Origin: Vicugna vicugna
Lineage: Eukaryota
DNA length: 64,000 nt
Direction: 5' to 3'
Assembly: GCA_013265495.1 (NCBI GenBank)
Contig: MU061326.1
Location: 3,596,001-3,660,000 of the forward strand
A model generated the notes under the pieces. It made no database searches, was not told the origin of the DNA, and saw nothing but the letters and a program-made list of their open reading frames with translations. A program made the position numbers and the translations under genes. Positions 39,050 through 51,606 of this stretch are shown here, in pieces. Each line of letters starts with the position of its first letter. Within the stretch, counting starts at the first letter, position 1.

Positions 39050-39420
39050 TTTATATTTTACTCCATCGTCTTTCTAATAATCATTCTAGGAGTTGTAAAA
39101 TGCTTCAACAAATTGATGTTCCGTGATTTATTGAAACCATCTTCTCTTGTTTCCTTTTTTTGTATAATATCGCAAATAACATTGCAGTGAGCATCTCATA
39201 CATTATTCCTCTTCTTTCTTTTGGGTTACTTCATGAGGATAGATCCCCAGGAGACAGGTTACTAGGCAAAGGGTAAGAACTGTTTAGTTTCTTGCAAAAA
39301 TAAGGTCACATTACTTTTCTGATGGGTGGCTCTACGGGGTCAGCAGTAACAAAATGTGCTATTTCTCCACAATCTCACAAGTATTCATGCCTTTTAACAT
39401 TAAAATCCTTTTGCAAGCTG
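39050..39420 (-). mobile_element. Old L1ME-like fragment
   Basis: aataacattgcagtgagcatctc...gatagatccccaggagacaggttactaggcaaaggg. Confidence 0.55.
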
Positions 39421-40165
39421 TACCCCCACTCTCTTGAGTTACATGTATTCAAGAGCTGATAAGTCTGACTATCATATAGTAATAGCTTGTATTCATTGTG
39501 TTTTAGGTGCGTTTTGCTGAAAAAAGCCCAAATTGAATTATAAATAAAATCTTTGTCTTACCCAGAGGATTTATTCTGAAGTAATCACAACTGAAATTTC
39601 ATTTAACAAGAAAGCTGATTGTGGCTCATTAGCTCAGAATATGCATAATTCCTGCAGTTCTTGGCAGATTGTGGTTAGAGATCTTTTTCTTACCCCTGCA
39701 CCACAATAAATAAATATTTTTGCTTTCTTCAACAGTAGATGTCAAAGCAGCTATTTTGTTGCTCTATCATTGTGTAAGTTCACTCATATGATGAGGAAAT
39801 CGCTGAAGAAGTCTTGAAACTGAAGCCATTTCTCATGACTCACGCATAGTTCATTGAATAAACAAAAGAAACCTAAAGCAATGAGATCACTCCTTTTTTT
39901 GTTTTATTTGCAGTCGATTTTGTTCAAGAAACCCTAACTCATGTTCTTTGTGGATCAGTTTGTCCAGTGCCATATTTTTCACAAGATGGTACTTAAATAG
40001 AGCAAGTCACTATCAGAGTCCAAATGAAGCGAAAAAAAATCTTACACTAAGTTATTTGTTATTACAATTATTTACTGAGCACCTTCACTGTTCGGATAAC
40101 CGATTGTACAAGGCAGCCAATTATACATGACCTTGCCCTGATGGAACTTATGGTCCAATTCGGGC

Positions 40166-40927
40166 TGTCAATGAAAAACAAATCTGGACACTAGTTAAAG
40201 GCAGTAAGACAGATTTTACTCAATGCTACTGCAGCAGTGGAGAGAGCTCAATGTAACCTGAGATCAGTTCTGCCAAAACACAAGGCCTTCTGCCTTTTAA
40301 ACCTGGTATGTGCTAAAGGGAAGATTATGAGGATGTTAAGGGGGGTTGGTCTCCATGATTACGTCTCCTGGACTTGTTAATTGGTGCTTAGCTGGTGGAG
40401 AAGCAACATTCTCATACCGTTAAGGCAGAAGGTAGTTTTGCAAATGGGAGCAAGGCACCCAGGGAAGTTAAGGTCTTACCCTCCCACGGAAACTGGGAGA
40501 CAGGAGCATCTCCTAGCATGCCTGCATTTCAGAGATGGGCTCTAGGACCCTAAGGGGACATTTCTGGGTGGTAGAAGATTTACAGCTATAAGAGGCAAGG
40601 AAAGGATATAATTGCAAGCTTTCTAAATAAATGCTCTAGAGAAAGGGAGGTCTGGGGCCTACAGGAGGTTTAGGCTGGAACAAATAAATTCTTTTGGTAA
40701 CATTGAGTTTTCTCAGGCAGGCATTTAAAGGGGGCTGGAGTCATCATAACAGGAACACAACCTTGAGCTGATGGAAATTGTGCTAGTGTTTGTGTGTGCA
40801 GATTGGGGGGACTGGACAAAATTGCTTGTGCTGAGTGTTGCACTGCTTACAGGCCAAGGCTGAGGCCTAGCAGAGACGTGCACTCAGGAGCCTACCTAAA
40901 GTTCGGTCAAGGAAAGGGTCTTTGTCA
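40166..40927 (-). mobile_element. Solo ERV1 LTR (MER67/MER31-like)
   Basis: The minus strand starts TGACAAAGACCCTTTCCTTGACCGAACTTTAG and ends ...CATTGACA. Flanks are gggc/gggt (4-bp TSD, 1 mismatch). Confidence 0.85.
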
Positions 40928-42099
40928 GGGTACAGTCAGTTGAAACAAGGCTTATTGTGTCAATGCCAGGAATGGTGTACAAGTTGCACACTGCACAATT
41001 CTAGGGGTGCTATTTACTTCACAGGCTATGGGAATGACTGCCTGCCCCTGAGTGGTGCAGTGCACAGCTTGCATGGCCGTGTGCAGCGGTCCTGTGACCA
41101 CAGCTACTTTGGATGGTAAAAGAATTTTCGTTTGCTTTTCTTCAGTTCCATTTTGGTCAAAGGGGAAGTTCTCTTCTATTCTGTCCTCACCCATGGTATC
41201 ATTTGATTGTCATTTAATTTGAGAGGGTTGGACTAGTAGGCTGTTCATGGTCTGAAGTGCTGGGTGGGTGGGATCACACACTGAGCACAACTCAGCCCCC
41301 GCTTCCTTTCATCCTGTCCTTTGATCCTCCAGGGAGGACCTTCACTTACCTTCCCATCCAGGACACCCCTGCCCTCTGCCCCTGCTCCTCAGAGACTAAA
41401 ATCTCTACAAGCAGACACTGTCTAACACCCACAGTGGTCCTCTTTCCAGTCCTCTTTTCCCCTTTGCAGTGGACAGAGCAAATTAAAGAAAACAGGAAGC
41501 ACATTGGCCAACACATCTAGATAAGACTCTTGCCAGAAGCTCTCACACGGAAGCAACTGCAGGATTCTGGTAGGAAAGTGAGGGAGTTCTGGGAGCAGAT
41601 AGCAGGCACACATCAGCCAGTCTGCAGCAGAGACACGAGAGTCTTCCAGGAGACACTGACTCTTCTGTAAAGCAAGGGTGGGTAGGCAGAAGAGGGGGGA
41701 ATTCAGTGCAAAGGGGAGAGCTGGCTGAAAAGGCCTGGCATGCTCTTTTTTTTTTTTTTTTGTCTTCTTTCATTCTTCTTTATATGGGATCAATCACATT
41801 TTTTTATAGTTTTCTCCCCGCTACCCCAGGAAGAGGAGTGTTCTATTTCCATTCTTTTATTCGTTAACTTTACGTTTTTAGGAGGCATCGTTCACTTCAT
41901 AAACACTGAAACTCATAAATCTCTGTCTTGTCCTCTGACAACACAAAAGCCTTCAAACGTCCAGCTCCCCTCCTCTGCCTCTCGTCTTTGGCACTGCTTT
42001 TATTTTCTTCTTTTGGTCAACTTTCAAGTCTGGTCATTTATCATTATTTTTATAGTCAATTCACATTGAGGTGCACCAAAATGTTTGCCAGTTTCTTTA

Positions 42100-42865
42100 A
42101 TTTATATGGTGCCTTAAAACCAGCTCCCTTCTAGATTCAATATCCCGTGGGCTGAAATCATCTTTAAGCTATTTAGAGTGGGAAAGCCTCTCAGCCTTTG
42201 TTATATCTGAAAGTGAATCCTTGCTCTTGAATTACAGGCTTACTAAGTATATAATTCTAGGCTAGCAGTTCTATTTTCCCTTGGCACTTTGAATATATTA
42301 TTACATTATCTTCTGGAGATTTTTGCTGCTTAGGAAAAATGTGCTTTTGTCTAATTGTCATGACTTTTTAGATAATCTCTCCTTTTGGTGATTTTCAAAG
42401 CATTTTTCTTTGTACATTCTGCAGATTCACTGTGTACATTTATTTATTTCTGATTCGGACTCACCATGCTGCTGTAAATCTTAGATCAATCTTCACACCT
42501 GGAAACTTCTCCACTGCCATTCCTTATAACATCACCCCTTCCCATTTTCAATCTAAGTTTCTGGAACTCCTGTTAATACAGAGCGAGCATTTTCATTCTC
42601 CCTCCATATTTCTTAAACCTCGTATTTGCCAGATCGTCGCTTCTTTCTGCTGTACTCCAGGTGACTTTTTTTTTTCATGTCTTTCTTCCAATAGACTGAT
42701 TCTCTGAGATCTGTTCTTCAACCTGTGTGTTGATTTCTCTGTTTGGATGACTAGATATTTCATACGTAGAAGTTCTTTGCCTCTTTTGCATCCTTTTCCC
42801 AAAGGATCCTGTTACTATCTTATGATGTGTGCCTTCCTTTATCTCTGAACAGTTTAAGGTGACAT
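42100..42865 (-). mobile_element. Very old L1 5'/ORF1 fragment (host of the provirus insertion)
   Basis: gtatataattctaggctagcagtt, ggcactttgaatatattattacattatcttctgg and gtttctggaactcctgtta. Confidence 0.55.
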
Positions 42866-42869
42866 AATT

Positions 42870-43304
42870 TGTTAAAAAAACAAAATTCGACCTAGTAAAT
42901 TAGAAAATCTAATTGGCTTTATTCAATGGTTCCTGAATTGGACAGCATCCCACCGGCAGCCAGAGGGCACTCCAAGGAGGGGTACAAAATGAAAGGTTTT
43001 GTAGAGAGAGGGGCGAGGCAAGGGAGTCATTAGCAAAAGAGAAGAAAGGGTCATTTGGGGCCATGACATCTGCTTTTAGGGGGAAGGGGATAACTAGGGT
43101 TTTATCATCCAGATCCAGATGGAGAGGGTCCACAGGACAGATTACCTCTTCGGTGCTGACCAGAAAATTCCAAACTGGTTGAGTAAGATTACATTTCTGG
43201 GGAAAGTCAAAACTGCAGTTAGATTATGTATTAAACCTCGGTTTGGTATCGTGGGTTTTAGCATAAGTGGTGCCGTTTGGGGCCTGTGATTTTTCTCTTT
43301 AACA
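42870..43304 (-). mobile_element. Provirus 3' LTR
   Basis: TG...CA termini; homologous to 50555-50965; preceded on the minus strand by the PPT. Confidence 0.9.
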
Positions 43305-43316
43305 GTTCCCCCTTTT
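43305..43316 (-). other. Polypurine tract
   Basis: Minus strand AAAAGGGGGAAC immediately before the TGTTAAAG of the 3' LTR. Confidence 0.85.
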
Positions 43317-43535
43317 GATCAGAGCTCTCAGCCCGAGAGATGTGATCAGAATTTAAGGCCTTAGTGCCACTCTCAGCTGTGCTCTGAGGTCCTCGCAGCT
43401 TTGTCGATCTTTGGTGACGTATCCAGAGGTCGTGACATTTTTGCTTACTCCCTGTGGTGTTCACAGGTCGCAGCTTCAGGTTTACAATCGTTAAGTCAGT
43501 CTTTCTCTTTGGTCCTTTTATGACGCTCCAGTCTT

Positions 43536-43664
43536 TTGTTGTTGTTGCTGTTTTGTTCATTTGTTTTGCTTTTTAAAATATGCTGTATTTTTTTATTGAT
43601 TTCTAATCATTTTACAATGTTGTGTGAAATTCCAGTGTAGAGCACAATTTTTCAGTTATACATA
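43536..43664 (-). mobile_element. Short camelid L1 3' end nested in the provirus
   Basis: tattgatttctaatcattttacaatgttgtgtgaaattccagtgtagagcac; 13-bp TSD a(c/t)gctccagtctt (43523-43535 / 43665-43677). Confidence 0.88.
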
Positions 43665-43800
43665 ATGCTCCAGTCTTAGGTAGATCATCTGTCTGGCAGT
43701 TAACAGCTGTAAACGTGCATTTAAAGCTTTTCAGAGAATATAACACACCAAGGGGATTATTCCGATGATGATAAACAGAATAATTCCTAATGTTTACAGT

Positions 43801-44337
43801 TGCTGCAGAGGAAATTTTCCTCTATCTTTCTTGATTCTTCTGGCTGATGTCAGAATTAAATTGACATGAGGTAGCTTAACAGGAGAAAAAATCAAACAGA
43901 AGTTTAATAACGTGTATACATAAGAGAGACACAGGACAACTGAGTAACTAGCCAACAATGCAAAACTAGCTGAAACCTTCACTCTCAATACCATCTTCAG
44001 CTAAAGACAAAAAAGGATATTGGAGGTGGTGGGAGGAACGCAAGTGACTTGGAGATGGAAAAGCAAATGTTTGGTGAAAAAAAAAAAGTTTTTTGGGCCT
44101 TGCAGAGACAATGGGACACAAAGGAATTTTAATAAACGGACATTTTTAGGTTCCTCTTGGTCAGTACACCTACTCTGAGGATAGCTCTCTTCCTGGAACA
44201 GGTCCTCCATCTGCATTCTTTTAGGTAGTAAGCGGGAAGATCAAAGGTTCTTCCTGAATCTTTTGGGCCTTGTTTTCAGCTTGAAATAATCTGCATGCCA
44301 AAGAGTATTTTGGGGTGGAAATTTTTCTTCCCCTACT
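43801..44337 (-). mobile_element. MER34-like solo LTR nested in the provirus
   Basis: The minus start gtaggggaagaaaaatttccaccccaaaatactctttggcatgcagattatttcaagctg resembles MER34/MER39. Flanks are cagt/gagt. Confidence 0.75.
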
Positions 44338-44449
44338 GAGTGCATTTTGAAGCCATGGTTCCCAAGATCAAACCAATCAAAAAAGACCCTGTTGATGGAG
44401 TCACCCTTTCAAACCAGCTGGTGTCAGTTACTTGATGTCAGTTACTTCT

Positions 44450-47400
44450 CTTCCTCATCAGTTGGGTTTGGAGGCCTCTACTAGTGTCAGGTGGCATCCT
44501 CCTTAGCTGTGAGATGTGCACTCAACACTTCATATCTTCTAGTTTTGCCGCAGGAGCAGCAGTCTGAACACGGCTTGAGCGCTGCCTTTGTTCTTAGTGA
44601 TTCTAAATCAGGACCGTGAGAGAAGATTGGAAACATTAGTTTAGTGAATTATAGCCAGGTATTTGAGGAAACCAGACGAATTCAGGGTCCAGTCCAGTTG
44701 ATAGGTAGGTATACAACAAAACCTCAAAGACATTTTAATAGGACTAGAATCTAATATCTAATATCTACAAATGTGCAAACACAAATTTTCTCTCCACAAT
44801 TATCCCCACTTTTAACCAGAGATAATCATAGTAAACTGGTGTGTTTATATTTAACTTAGCCTGGTTATTTATATAAATACAGTAAGAGTAGTCACTGACC
44901 ATATCAGTCCTTTTTAAGACAGATTGGCTGGAACCCAGTAGACAAAGTACCAGGTCAGTTTTTCCAAGTGATTCCTCAAAGCTGTATGGTAGTATCTGAA
45001 TCTCTTCTCCTAGATACGACATTCCAGCCAAAGCCTTGGTAAATACAGCCAGTGTTTCTAATTGTGTCCCGTTACAAGGAGCAGGATGACAAGAATCCTC
45101 ACTAAGAGTTTCTGAATCCTGGAGGGATCGTGTAGGGAGAAAAATACCTGTTTGATCTTTATTCACAAAGGTGTATCTTGCCAAATAACTGATAGCTTAA
45201 CAAGAAAGATTTCTTCAAAACTAAAAAAAAAAAAAAATTAAAGAACCAAAAATATTTTAAACATAAGGTTAAAAAAATTATAGTCCTCCTCATCAGTTCA
45301 TTCAGTTCCATGTTGATCATTCTTATTCTGATGGAATCCCGTTTTTTCATTGGTTCTTGTGAGCTTGCCTGATAACGGGGGGTGATAGGAATAGAGATAA
45401 TTCCAACATTTGCAGGGTTTTTGTTAAGGCTTGTGTGATTTTCCCATGGAAGTGGGTGCCTTGACCACTGGAGATGATTTAAGGTACACCCCAAGGGGGA
45501 AACACATTTTCTAACAATTTCTTTGCTACCATGAGGACATCAGGTTTGTGGTAGGGGAAGGCTTCAACCCATCTGAAAACATCCACACAATAGCAAGAAC
45601 ATATTGATAACCCATCCTGAGCAGCAGTTGGATGAAGTCCAGCTGCAGGTGCTCAAAGAGGGAGGAGATCTGAGGCTTCTGGGGACAAAAATAATTCTCC
45701 CAGGGTTATTGACCTGACAGTTCAGGCATTGCTGGTAAACTGTTTTCACAATTTTATAGAAGCCTCCCCACTAATATCTTTTCATAATTTGTGTCATCCT
45801 ATGGCATGATGAAACAATGCAAAAAATTCAAAAATGAGGTTTGCCAGGAAGCTGGGAAGAACCAAGCACCTGTCCTGGCTTTCTCATAGTCCCAAGTGTT
45901 TATTTAATTTGCAGCCATGGTTCACCCACCTTAATTTTTCTGATTCAGTAGCAGACCATTGCCATGTTACAAGGAGATTAGGAGAGCAAAAGTCTAGCAA
46001 TAAGGGACCATGTTTTGCAGGAGCAGAATGGACATCATCCACACGTGCCGCAGTCTTTATAGATTCTGTTTCTGCGTGAAAGTCAAATAGGACATTTCCC
46101 TGACACTCAGGTTCAGCCCATTTACTCTGAGCCTCAATTTCGGTGACAGCGGTTACAGAAGGCAAGAGAAGGGCAGTAAGAAAATCTTTTACTTGTTGCC
46201 CATTTGTGATGGGGTCCCAGAGGATGTAAGCAAACATTTTGTTTCCATAACATCCCCAAGTCATGGCTGATCCCAAAGGCATACCGACTGTCAGTATAAA
46301 TATTAACACTTTATCTTCTGATAACTGGCAGGCTAGGGGCGTGCAGCTCTGCTTATTGGGCTGATTTAAGCTGTGCGAAGTTTCCCTTTTTGAGTAGATC
46401 ATATTGGGTAGTAATAGTGTAAGCAGCTTGAAAATTCCCTCTTTCATTTCTACAATATGACCCGCCAACAAGCAAGAGGAAATTTGGATTGATTAAAGGG
46501 TTGTCTTGTAAATCAGGACTGTGGTGTCACAAAACGGGGCGTTATTATCTCAGAGTCGTGGGGCTCGCCTTCCCCAGGGAGACGTAGTGATGTAACAGGA
46601 TTGAGAACATTGGAATGCTCAAGATGCAGGTGAGGAGGTGGGAGCAGGAAGACCTCACAGGAGGTCAGTCTGCTTGCGGAGAAAAGTTGAGTCAATTCAG
46701 AACTAAGACTTTGGACAGCGTGAGGAGTTTGTAAATAACCATCATTTTCTGGGAATAGATCTGCTAGGATTTCTACTAACTTTGCAGTTGCAGCTAGACC
46801 CTTAAGACAGCTGGGACAGGCATGAGCCACTGGACCAAGTGCTATGCAGCAACATGCAAGAAACCTGTATTTATTGCCACGTTCATCACCGTGCTGTTGC
46901 GTGAGATTCCCAGAGCTTGGCTGTCCCTTTCATTCACAAATAAAGTTAGGGGTCTTGAATAGTTGAGTAACCCTTAAGGCAGGTGGCTCTTAGAGCACTT
47001 GTTTTGGTCTTATATTTAAAAAAAAAAAAAAAAAAGCCTGCTTGTGTTTATCTTCCTAAGAAAAGCATTCAGGGACTGAAGCTTTAATAAGTTCATAGAG
47101 TAGGGGAGCTAATAGAGAAAAACTAGGAACCCACAGTCTGCAGTAACGAGCTAGACCTAGAAATCCCCACGAAGCTGTCACTTTGTTGTGGGTCTAGGAG
47201 ATTCTTGGATTGGTTGAATTCTTTTTGGAGCTAGCTGGGTTTCTTTAGCACTTAGATTATGACCTAGGTAATGAACAGTGTCTAGAAATAATTGTGATTT
47301 TTTTTTCCTTGGAGACTTTGTGTCCTTTTACAGCTAATTGTTGCGGGAAATTAGCACCTCTTTGGTAACTGAGCACAACGAGGGGCCGTCTACATATTGT

Positions 47401-47990
47401 AAAAGGGTTGATTTCCTGGAGACTGGATGAAGCTTACATCTTAGGGGAGCACTTGGGAGGAATAAGAAGGGGGCCTCAGTGAGCGACTGAGGCATGAGTG
47501 TCCAGGTGTAATGTTGGTCCTTCCACGTAAAGGCAAGTAGATGTTGGCTGTTGGGGTTTACAGGGATGTCGGAAAAGGATGAAAAGGGTTTATAGCAATG
47601 AACTCTTTTGAGTCAGGCAGACCCTTGACAGAAGGTTCAGAACTGGAGAACAGGGCATCACTGTCTTATCAATAGCTCTCCGATCCTGGACAAATCGCCA
47701 CCCTTGCCCGTTAGGTTTCTGGACTAGCAAGATCAGTTTTTCCCAGGGTCTAGTGCAAAGAATGATTAGCTTCTGGGTGATTGAATCCTCTGCTGTGGGT
47801 TTGAGGCCTTATATGGCCTCAGGCTTCAATGGATATTGAGGTAACCGAGGGAGCATCTAGTCATATGTATCTGAGTTTTTATAGATTCTGAGTTTTTTCT
47901 TCTTCCAATATCAGTGTTCGAAGTAGCCCACAAATTTTCAGGCACCTCAACTAAATTAGAGGACTTTTGCTGAAATTTGTCTTCTTGTAT
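44450..47990 (-). pseudogene. pol: ERV pol remnant (RT, RNase H, integrase) with stops and frameshifts
   Basis: RT: AFTWKDQHYTWTLMPQSLTEAP and STLLQYVDG (47385-47396; YVDD decayed). Tether: CLKGLAATAKLVE...LNPVTSL. RNase H: PITNGQQVKDFLTALLLP...QGNVLFDFHA. Integrase: CLNCQ, QLDFIQL and C-terminal AKLEDMKC*VHISQLRR. Confidence 0.92.
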
Positions 47991-48000
47991 GTGAAGAAAA

Positions 48001-48282
48001 GAGAGGTGTTGAGTGGGAAGGGATAAACTGGGAGATCGAGATTTGCAGATACTGACAGGTACATATAAAATAGACAAACAAGTTTATACTGTAGAGCACA
48101 GGGAAATATGTTCAATATCCTGTAGTAGCTCATGGTAAAAAAGAATATGAAAATGAATATATGTATATTCATGCATGACTGAAGCATTGTGCTGCACACC
48201 AGAAATTGACACAACATTGTAAACTGACTATAACTCAATTTTTAAAAAAGAAAATTAATTAATTAATTAATTTAAAAAAAAA
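48001..48282 (+). mobile_element. Camelid L1 3' end inserted at the pro/RT junction
   Basis: gtgggaagggataaactgggagatcgagatttgcagatactgac...ccagaaattgacacaacattgtaaactgactataactcaa, with an A/(TTAA)n tail. Confidence 0.88.
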
Positions 48283-48702
48283 CAGACAGCAAAGAACATA
48301 AAAGAGCAGTTCTGATTGGTCAGGGAATTCTAAGGTGAGGTGTCCATTGGTGGGAAGATGTCCATCAGCCCTTTTAATTTACAAAGCAGACCTCTGCCTG
48401 ATAGGTTGGCTGGAGCTGTTTCATATAGTGTAAGAGGCATGTTTTTCAGTAAAAGTTCCCATATTATTTGTGTTGGTTGAGATAAAAATTCTCTCTGAAT
48501 TTTGTGAGATAGTCCCACTATGGAAACCTTTTTACTGCTAGAGATTTGTTGTTTTATGAGGATGGGGTTTAAAGCAGAAAGCATCTCTCTGCCATCAACT
48601 AGAATTTGGCAAAGTTTCTCATCAATTTAAATTTTGGCTTCCTCTTGGCTGTTTAAGGACATTACTGGTAATAAGTTTCCCAGAGAACCCCTCGGAGCCC
48701 TG
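48283..48702 (-). pseudogene. pro: ERV protease remnant
   Basis: QILVDGREMLSALNP (DTG motif decayed) and APANLSGRGLLCKLKG (equivalent to the NLLGRDLL motif). Confidence 0.8.
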
Positions 48703-49993
48703 TCAGCTGTGGGAGGGGCCCACATGGGGACCCTCCCCTAGAGGTAGATGTGAGGGCGTTAGAGAGGAATTTGCATGGGACCTTTGAGGACAGTGTCCCA
48801 GTTAATTACAATGGAGACATCGGTCTTTGGACCAGTGCTTTGGTGATGGGTCCCTGGGGAGTGCAGTGCAGGAGACCTGGGAGTCATTCTGGGTCTCTGG
48901 CCCTGGAGCTGCTGCAGCTGTAGAGCTGTTAGCGGGGTGGACTTTTTGTTCGTGATCTTGCTCCAGGGTCCTTTCCAAATGCTCAGCTAGAGGCACAAGT
49001 CTGGTCAGGCCTGTGGCCTCCCATCCTATTTTCTGCTTTTGTATCAATCTGCTAATCTCCGTTACAGAGAATCCGTTTACAAGGAGAGCATCTAAAGCAG
49101 CCTGGGTGACCTTATTTATTTTTTGGAACCCAGAATGCCAAGAGAAGGGGGCTTCAAGGGGGCTTAACAGTCTGCCAGATTCACCTTCCTTTTCTTTGCA
49201 TGTTTGAATAATAGGTCATCAGCGTGGGCAGGGAGGGCTCTAGGAATGGCTTTTAAAGTTACTTGATCCCTTTCCTTTGAAGGTCTTGAATGTCATCCCT
49301 GGGGTCTTGCCATCTTGCTTCCTGTATCCATTTTGGAGGGGCTTCCCCAGGTCCCACTAGCTTATGCACAAGCTGACAGAGATCTGGCAGCCTGGAGTCA
49401 CAGGCCCTGATGACAACTCTAAATTCTTCACACACACGCACACAAAATGTTGGGTTTCCCCCCAGGTTTAGAAATTCTTTAACCATAGCCCTGAAAAATA
49501 CCTGAGGGTGTCTGTCTGCAACCTCAAGCAGTTTTTTATTTTAAATACCAACTGTCTAATAGTGGTTTTTTTTGAGGGGGGGAGTCAAAAGGCAGTTCAG
49601 ACAGAGAATGAGTAAAACGTGAGCCCTCAGGTGAAAAGGGAAGAGGTTTGTTTGGGGTACCTTATTTTTCCATTAGCCCTTTGTAATGAGTCTTTTAATG
49701 AAGCTATTTTGGAATGTTGAAGGCTTTTGCAAGCTTCCACATACCAACTAAAGTAGGCATCCTGTTCTCATCTGTCCGATTTGGGATTTCTTACTTTCAA
49801 GTGTGCTTCTTAAATGAACAATCCTGTCAAATTGGAATGCTCCCCATAAAGACCACTGTAATTCTAGGTTTTTAGTAAAATCTTGCTGTCTTGTCAGACA
49901 CCTGCAGCTTCTAGGACTACAGGTGTTAAACCTAAAATAAGCAGATGTGCTGGAAGGTGGCATACTCAGCTCTTTGGATGTGAAGGATCCCGT
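48703..49993 (-). pseudogene. gag: ERV gag remnant
   Basis: (M>T)GSFTSK start, LELQWSLWGAFQFD, EEFRVVIRACDSRLPDLCQLVHKLVGPGEA and a CLHCN*LGH zinc knuckle. TGA at 48703-48705 is followed in frame by pro. Confidence 0.85.
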
Positions 49994-50533
49994 GTCTTTC
50001 AGCAAAGCCTTTGTTTACTGTCCACCTAAGGCTGCCCACTGGACCCAGTACAGTCCATATCAGACCCAGTTCCATCCCAGACCCAGTTCACTTCCAAACT
50101 TGGACCCAGTCCAACTCTCCTGATAACCACCACCAATTCCAGTGTAACTTTGGACTGGGGAAAGGGATGAAGCAGCAGACCTCAAAATCTGGGGACTGCA
50201 GACTGATTCTAAACAAATGGAGAACCACAGCTGCCACCAACAGTTCCTAACGTGGAATCAGGGGAAGGATTCCAAACAAATAGGGAACTACAACACTTCC
50301 CAGGGTGGAATCTGGGGACAAAATTGAGGTTTTCCACTCAAATTCTCAGGAATCATGGTCTGAAAAGCCAATCAGATTGGGTGGTTGAATGCAAAAAAGA
50401 GTGGAGATCAACCAAGAGAAACTCACCAATAGCCTTCGGAAATGGCCAGAAACATAGTGAACTCAAGACGGGATTCAAGGGCACCGTGCCTGTCTTTCTT
50501 GTTGTCCCTACATGCCTTCAGAAGTTAGATTTG

Positions 50534-50551
50534 GTCCTGATGCTGCCACCA
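50534..50551 (-). other. Primer binding site, tRNA-Leu-like
   Basis: Minus strand TGGTGGCAGCATCAGGAC, 3 nt after the 5' LTR. The first 10 nt equal the Leu(AAG/TAG) PBS TGGTGGCAGCGGTGGGAT. Confidence 0.7.
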
Positions 50552-50554
50552 ATC

Positions 50555-50965
50555 TCTTAAAAAGAGATTTTAACTGAGTATATTTGAAAATCTAATTGGC
50601 TTTATTCAACAATTCGTGAATCCGGTAGCATCCCATGTAGCAACCAAGGAGGGGTCCAAATGGAAGGCTTTTGTAGACAGGAGAGTGGGGCCAAGTTATC
50701 TTTTAGGGGGAAAGGGATGACAAAGGTTTTATCCTGCAGAAACCCTCCTCTTCCTCTGGGGGACGGAGAAGACCCATGTGACAGGTCACCACTGACAGAT
50801 TCCCTCACTGGTGCTGACCAGAAAATTCCAAACTGGTGGATTAAGATTCCATTTCTGGGGAAAGCCAACACTGCAGTTAGGTTAGGTATTAAATCTAGGT
50901 TTGGTATCATGAGTTTTAGTACAAGTGATGCCATTTTCAGTCGTGTGTTTTTTCACTTAATAACA
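50555..50965 (-). mobile_element. Provirus 5' LTR
   Basis: Homologous to 42870-43304 (15 mismatches in a gap-free 127-nt block); adjacent to the PBS. Confidence 0.9.
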
Positions 50966-51606
50966 GATTTAAAGAGTCTCTTGGGTTGTTCAATTATGTT
51001 TGTTTCGGGGGCTTAAAGTCTCCCATTTTTTATGTGCTGATTGTATCTAGTGATGATTTTCTCACTGAGAGTCCCATGGGTCTGGGCCATGGTTGTGTCT
51101 CAATGGGATAGTCACCTTTACCTCTCTGGGCCGTGTATGATTCACTAGTTCAGGGCAACTTTTAATGTTAATTTTTGGCAGGGCATGTGTGTGTGTGTGT
51201 GTCTTGACTGCCCACATAGTATGAATTCTGACTCCATGTCTGTTGGTGAGTTGGGTGTGGGGCACATTTCTGTTTTTCTCAAGAGTGATTTCCATCACTC
51301 TTGGCCTCTTTGGAGCCACTGTTCCCCTGGGCTGGTGGGCACTGTTTATCTCTGCTCTGCTTAAGCACAAGTCAGCTCTCCATGGCTTATGACCTCCAGC
51401 GTGGAGCCTGGGGCGTGGACTCATCAGAAGCTATGCTCCCCAGATTTAAGGCCAGCATACAGCTCTGAAATGCCTGTGCCTGTCTTTGGCTTCACCTTTA
51501 GCCAAACTGCTCTGAGTTTTAGTTTCTCTTCATTCCTGGCACCTCTTTTGGTATTGAACTTGGATATGGACACAGAATAGTATCTTTTATTTAGCGCTTT
51601 TATGTA

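Larger units (their letters stand above)
42870..50965 (-). mobile_element. Decayed env-less ERV1 (gamma-like, MER4-group) provirus
   Basis: Two homologous LTRs, a PBS, a PPT and gag/pro/pol remnants, in retroviral order on the minus strand. Flanks are AATT (42866-42869) / GATT (50966-50969). Confidence 0.92.

Noticed and set aside
39787-39822. C/D-box-like ATGATGA...CTGA
   Set aside because: The boxes are only about 35 nt apart with no terminal stem, too short for a snoRNA.
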